Below the pieces are notes generated by a model. It saw only the letters and a program-made list of their open reading frames with translations, did no database searches and was not told the origin of the DNA. The translations under genes and the position numbers were made by a program. A DNA stretch of 32,000 bases from Bacillus subtilis subsp. subtilis str. 168 (GTDB lineage: Bacteria > Bacillota > Bacilli > Bacillales > Bacillaceae): contig NC_000964.3 of NCBI RefSeq assembly GCF_000009045.1, forward strand, positions 3,330,001 through 3,362,000. Direction: 5' to 3'. Positions 30,862 to 32,000 of the stretch are shown here, in pieces (the first letter of the stretch is position 1; each line of letters starts with the position of its first letter).

Positions 30862-30921
30862 CTTTTTATCGTGCCTTGCACATTCCTCAAGTTTAACAAA
30901 GATCAGCACTTTATTAAAGCG

Positions 30922-30958
30922 ATTGAAAAAGAAAAAGAGTGGATTCCCACCCTTTTTT
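30922..30958 (-). terminator. Strong intrinsic terminator upstream of the suf promoter (end of the yurZ transcription unit)
   Basis: Minus-strand AAAAGGGUGG-GAAU-CCACUCUUUU forms a 10-bp stem with one G-U pair and is followed by UCUUUUUC. On the plus strand the same stem has an A-C mismatch, so it is oriented for the minus strand. Confidence 0.8.
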
Positions 30959-31304
30959 AAAAGATTGATTTTCTCAATAAGCTCCCGCAGAAATCCGCTT
31001 GCTTTTTTCATAATCAAGCTCTCTCTGCCGCTCTACTTTCATTCTTGTTTCCAGCCGGCGTCCATATTCCTCGTATCCAATTCCGTGTGACAGCTGCATC
31101 GCTTTTTCCATTTCTGACGTATAATCGAGGTTCAGTCTGTCCTGGCTGCTGCAAATAATGAATCAATCCCTTCATATATTTGCTTTTTATTGTACCAGTG
31201 CTGCGTTGGATGCCGCAAAAACGATTTGGCGTGAAATAGCGGCAGATGAGACGAAAGCATCCTTTCAGAACAAATGAGAATGGTTTTTCGGAATATTCCT
31301 TCTC

Positions 31305-31682
31305 TTAATGCGTGGTGTTTCCGAATTCCTCAATGCACTGTTGAACGACTGTCACGCCTTGGCTGAAAGCTGCGCCGCCTCCAAATGCCGCTGCCACACT
31401 GACGGCTTCGAGAATGTTTTCTTCTGACGCTCCCTGATCAAGACAGCCTTTTGTATGATAGATCATGCAATATTCGTCCTGAGCATTGATGGCAATTCCG
31501 AGGGCGATCAGCTGTTTTTCTCTTTCAGTCAGAGAATTCCCGGCAAAGCACTGTTCAGTAAATTCGTTAAATTTTCTTCCCATCAGCGGCATCTTTTGTT
31601 CAAATGTGCCTAAACCATGTTTATATTGTTTTAACGCGTCCTGCATGCTTCCTCTGTCTTGATTCAAAGAAAATCCCTCCAT
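31305..31682 (-). CDS. yurZ: Carboxymuconolactone decarboxylase / AhpD-like family protein
   Basis: 125 aa CMD-family helical fold with the CxxH-type motif [11 protein letters not shown]. Confidence 0.88.
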
Positions 31683-31728
31683 CTGTTTAACATTCCTTTT
31701 TATTATGAACAGCTTTTAGGAAAATACG

Positions 31729-31762
31729 CGAAAAAAACCCCGGAATTCTCATCCGGGGTTTC
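31729..31762 (-). terminator. Intrinsic terminator of the met transporter operon
   Basis: AAACCCCGG (31735-31743) pairs with CCGGGGTTT (31753-31761), followed on the minus strand by TTTTTTT. It begins 5 nt after the metQ stop. Confidence 0.85.
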
Positions 31763-31766
31763 AGTC

Positions 31767-32000
31767 TTATTCAGATACAGGAAGCACAGCTCCGTCGTAT
31801 TTTTTCTCGATGAAGTCTTTGATCTTTTTAGAGTGAAGAACTTCCATCAGCGCTTTGATTTTTGCAGAATCTTCTTCGCCTTTTCTTACTGCGATGATGT
31901 TAGCGTATGGGTTGTTTTTCGTTGATTCTACTTCAATTGCGTCTTTTTTAGGATTTAATTTATTTTGGATCGCATAGTTTACATTGATGAAGACCGCGTC
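31767..32000 (-). CDS. metQ: Methionine-binding lipoprotein (NlpA family), C-terminal 77 codons; 5' end outside the window
   Basis: My minus-strand translation is DAVFINVNYAIQNKLNPKKDAIEVESTKNNPYANIIAVRKGEEDSAKIKALMEVLHSKKIKDFIEKKYDGAVLPVSE*, an NlpA/MetQ C-terminus. The frame is open to the window edge. Confidence 0.85.
   Translation of the reverse strand, partial: DAVFINVNYAIQNKLNPKKDAIEVESTKNNPYANIIAVRKGEEDSAKIKALMEVLHSKKIKDFIEKKYDGAVLPVSE

Noticed and set aside
30814-31090. The 67-aa minus-strand and 81-aa plus-strand ORFs between sufC and yurZ
   Set aside because: Both run straight through the terminator hairpin at 30933-30956 and the suf promoter. The translations are Lys/Phe/Leu-rich, typical of AT-rich DNA, and neither has an SD.
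31120-31125. A plus-strand TATAAT hexamer that could drive a transcript antisense to yurZ
   Set aside because: There is no acceptable -35 or extended -10 (TG) at the correct spacing, and a single hexamer in AT-rich DNA is expected by chance.
31659-31925. The 88-aa plus-strand ORF
   Set aside because: It crosses the metQ terminator and lies antisense to the clearly recognisable MetQ C-terminus.

Overview
The window matches the Bacillus subtilis 168-type chromosome. I recognise this from protein sequences and gene order, not from a database search. The gene order is: pucR (3' end), pucJKLM, pucABCDE and pucFG (purine/uric acid catabolism), bsn (secreted RNase), yurJ, frlR and frlBONMD (fructosamine/Amadori utilisation), yurQ, yurR, sspG-yurS, yurT, an ArsR-family regulator, sufCDSUB (Fe-S cluster assembly), yurZ, and the 3' end of metQ. 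About 90% of the window is coding. Most ORF-track entries that sit inside or antisense to these genes are spurious. Several true starts lie downstream of the longest-ORF start, and I placed them by Shine-Dalgarno (SD) spacing. I see no rRNA, tRNA, CRISPR array, transposase, integrase or prophage remnant. I also see no multi-gene cassette that looks like an undescribed defence or other system, so this is core-genome metabolism and housekeeping. The points worth a second look are small-scale and mostly regulatory. (1) A perfect 38-bp palindrome lies inside the frl operon, and its 16-nt core recurs at the frlB promoter, with a related copy at the frlR promoter. (2) An ArsR-family gene appears to be leaderless, with a perfect -35 box and a duplicated 23-bp operator-like repeat. 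(3) The suf leader carries a perfect tandem 11-nt repeat plus a Fur/PerR-like palindrome. (4) The yurZ-sufC spacer holds a strong terminator preceded by two SD-less ORFs that a 1-nt indel would fuse. (5) An AT-rich stand-alone GIY-YIG gene (yurQ) is present. (6) A tiny YjcZ-type membrane peptide gene sits behind an unexplained 380-bp non-coding stretch. All regulatory calls are motif matches made by eye and need experimental or computational confirmation.
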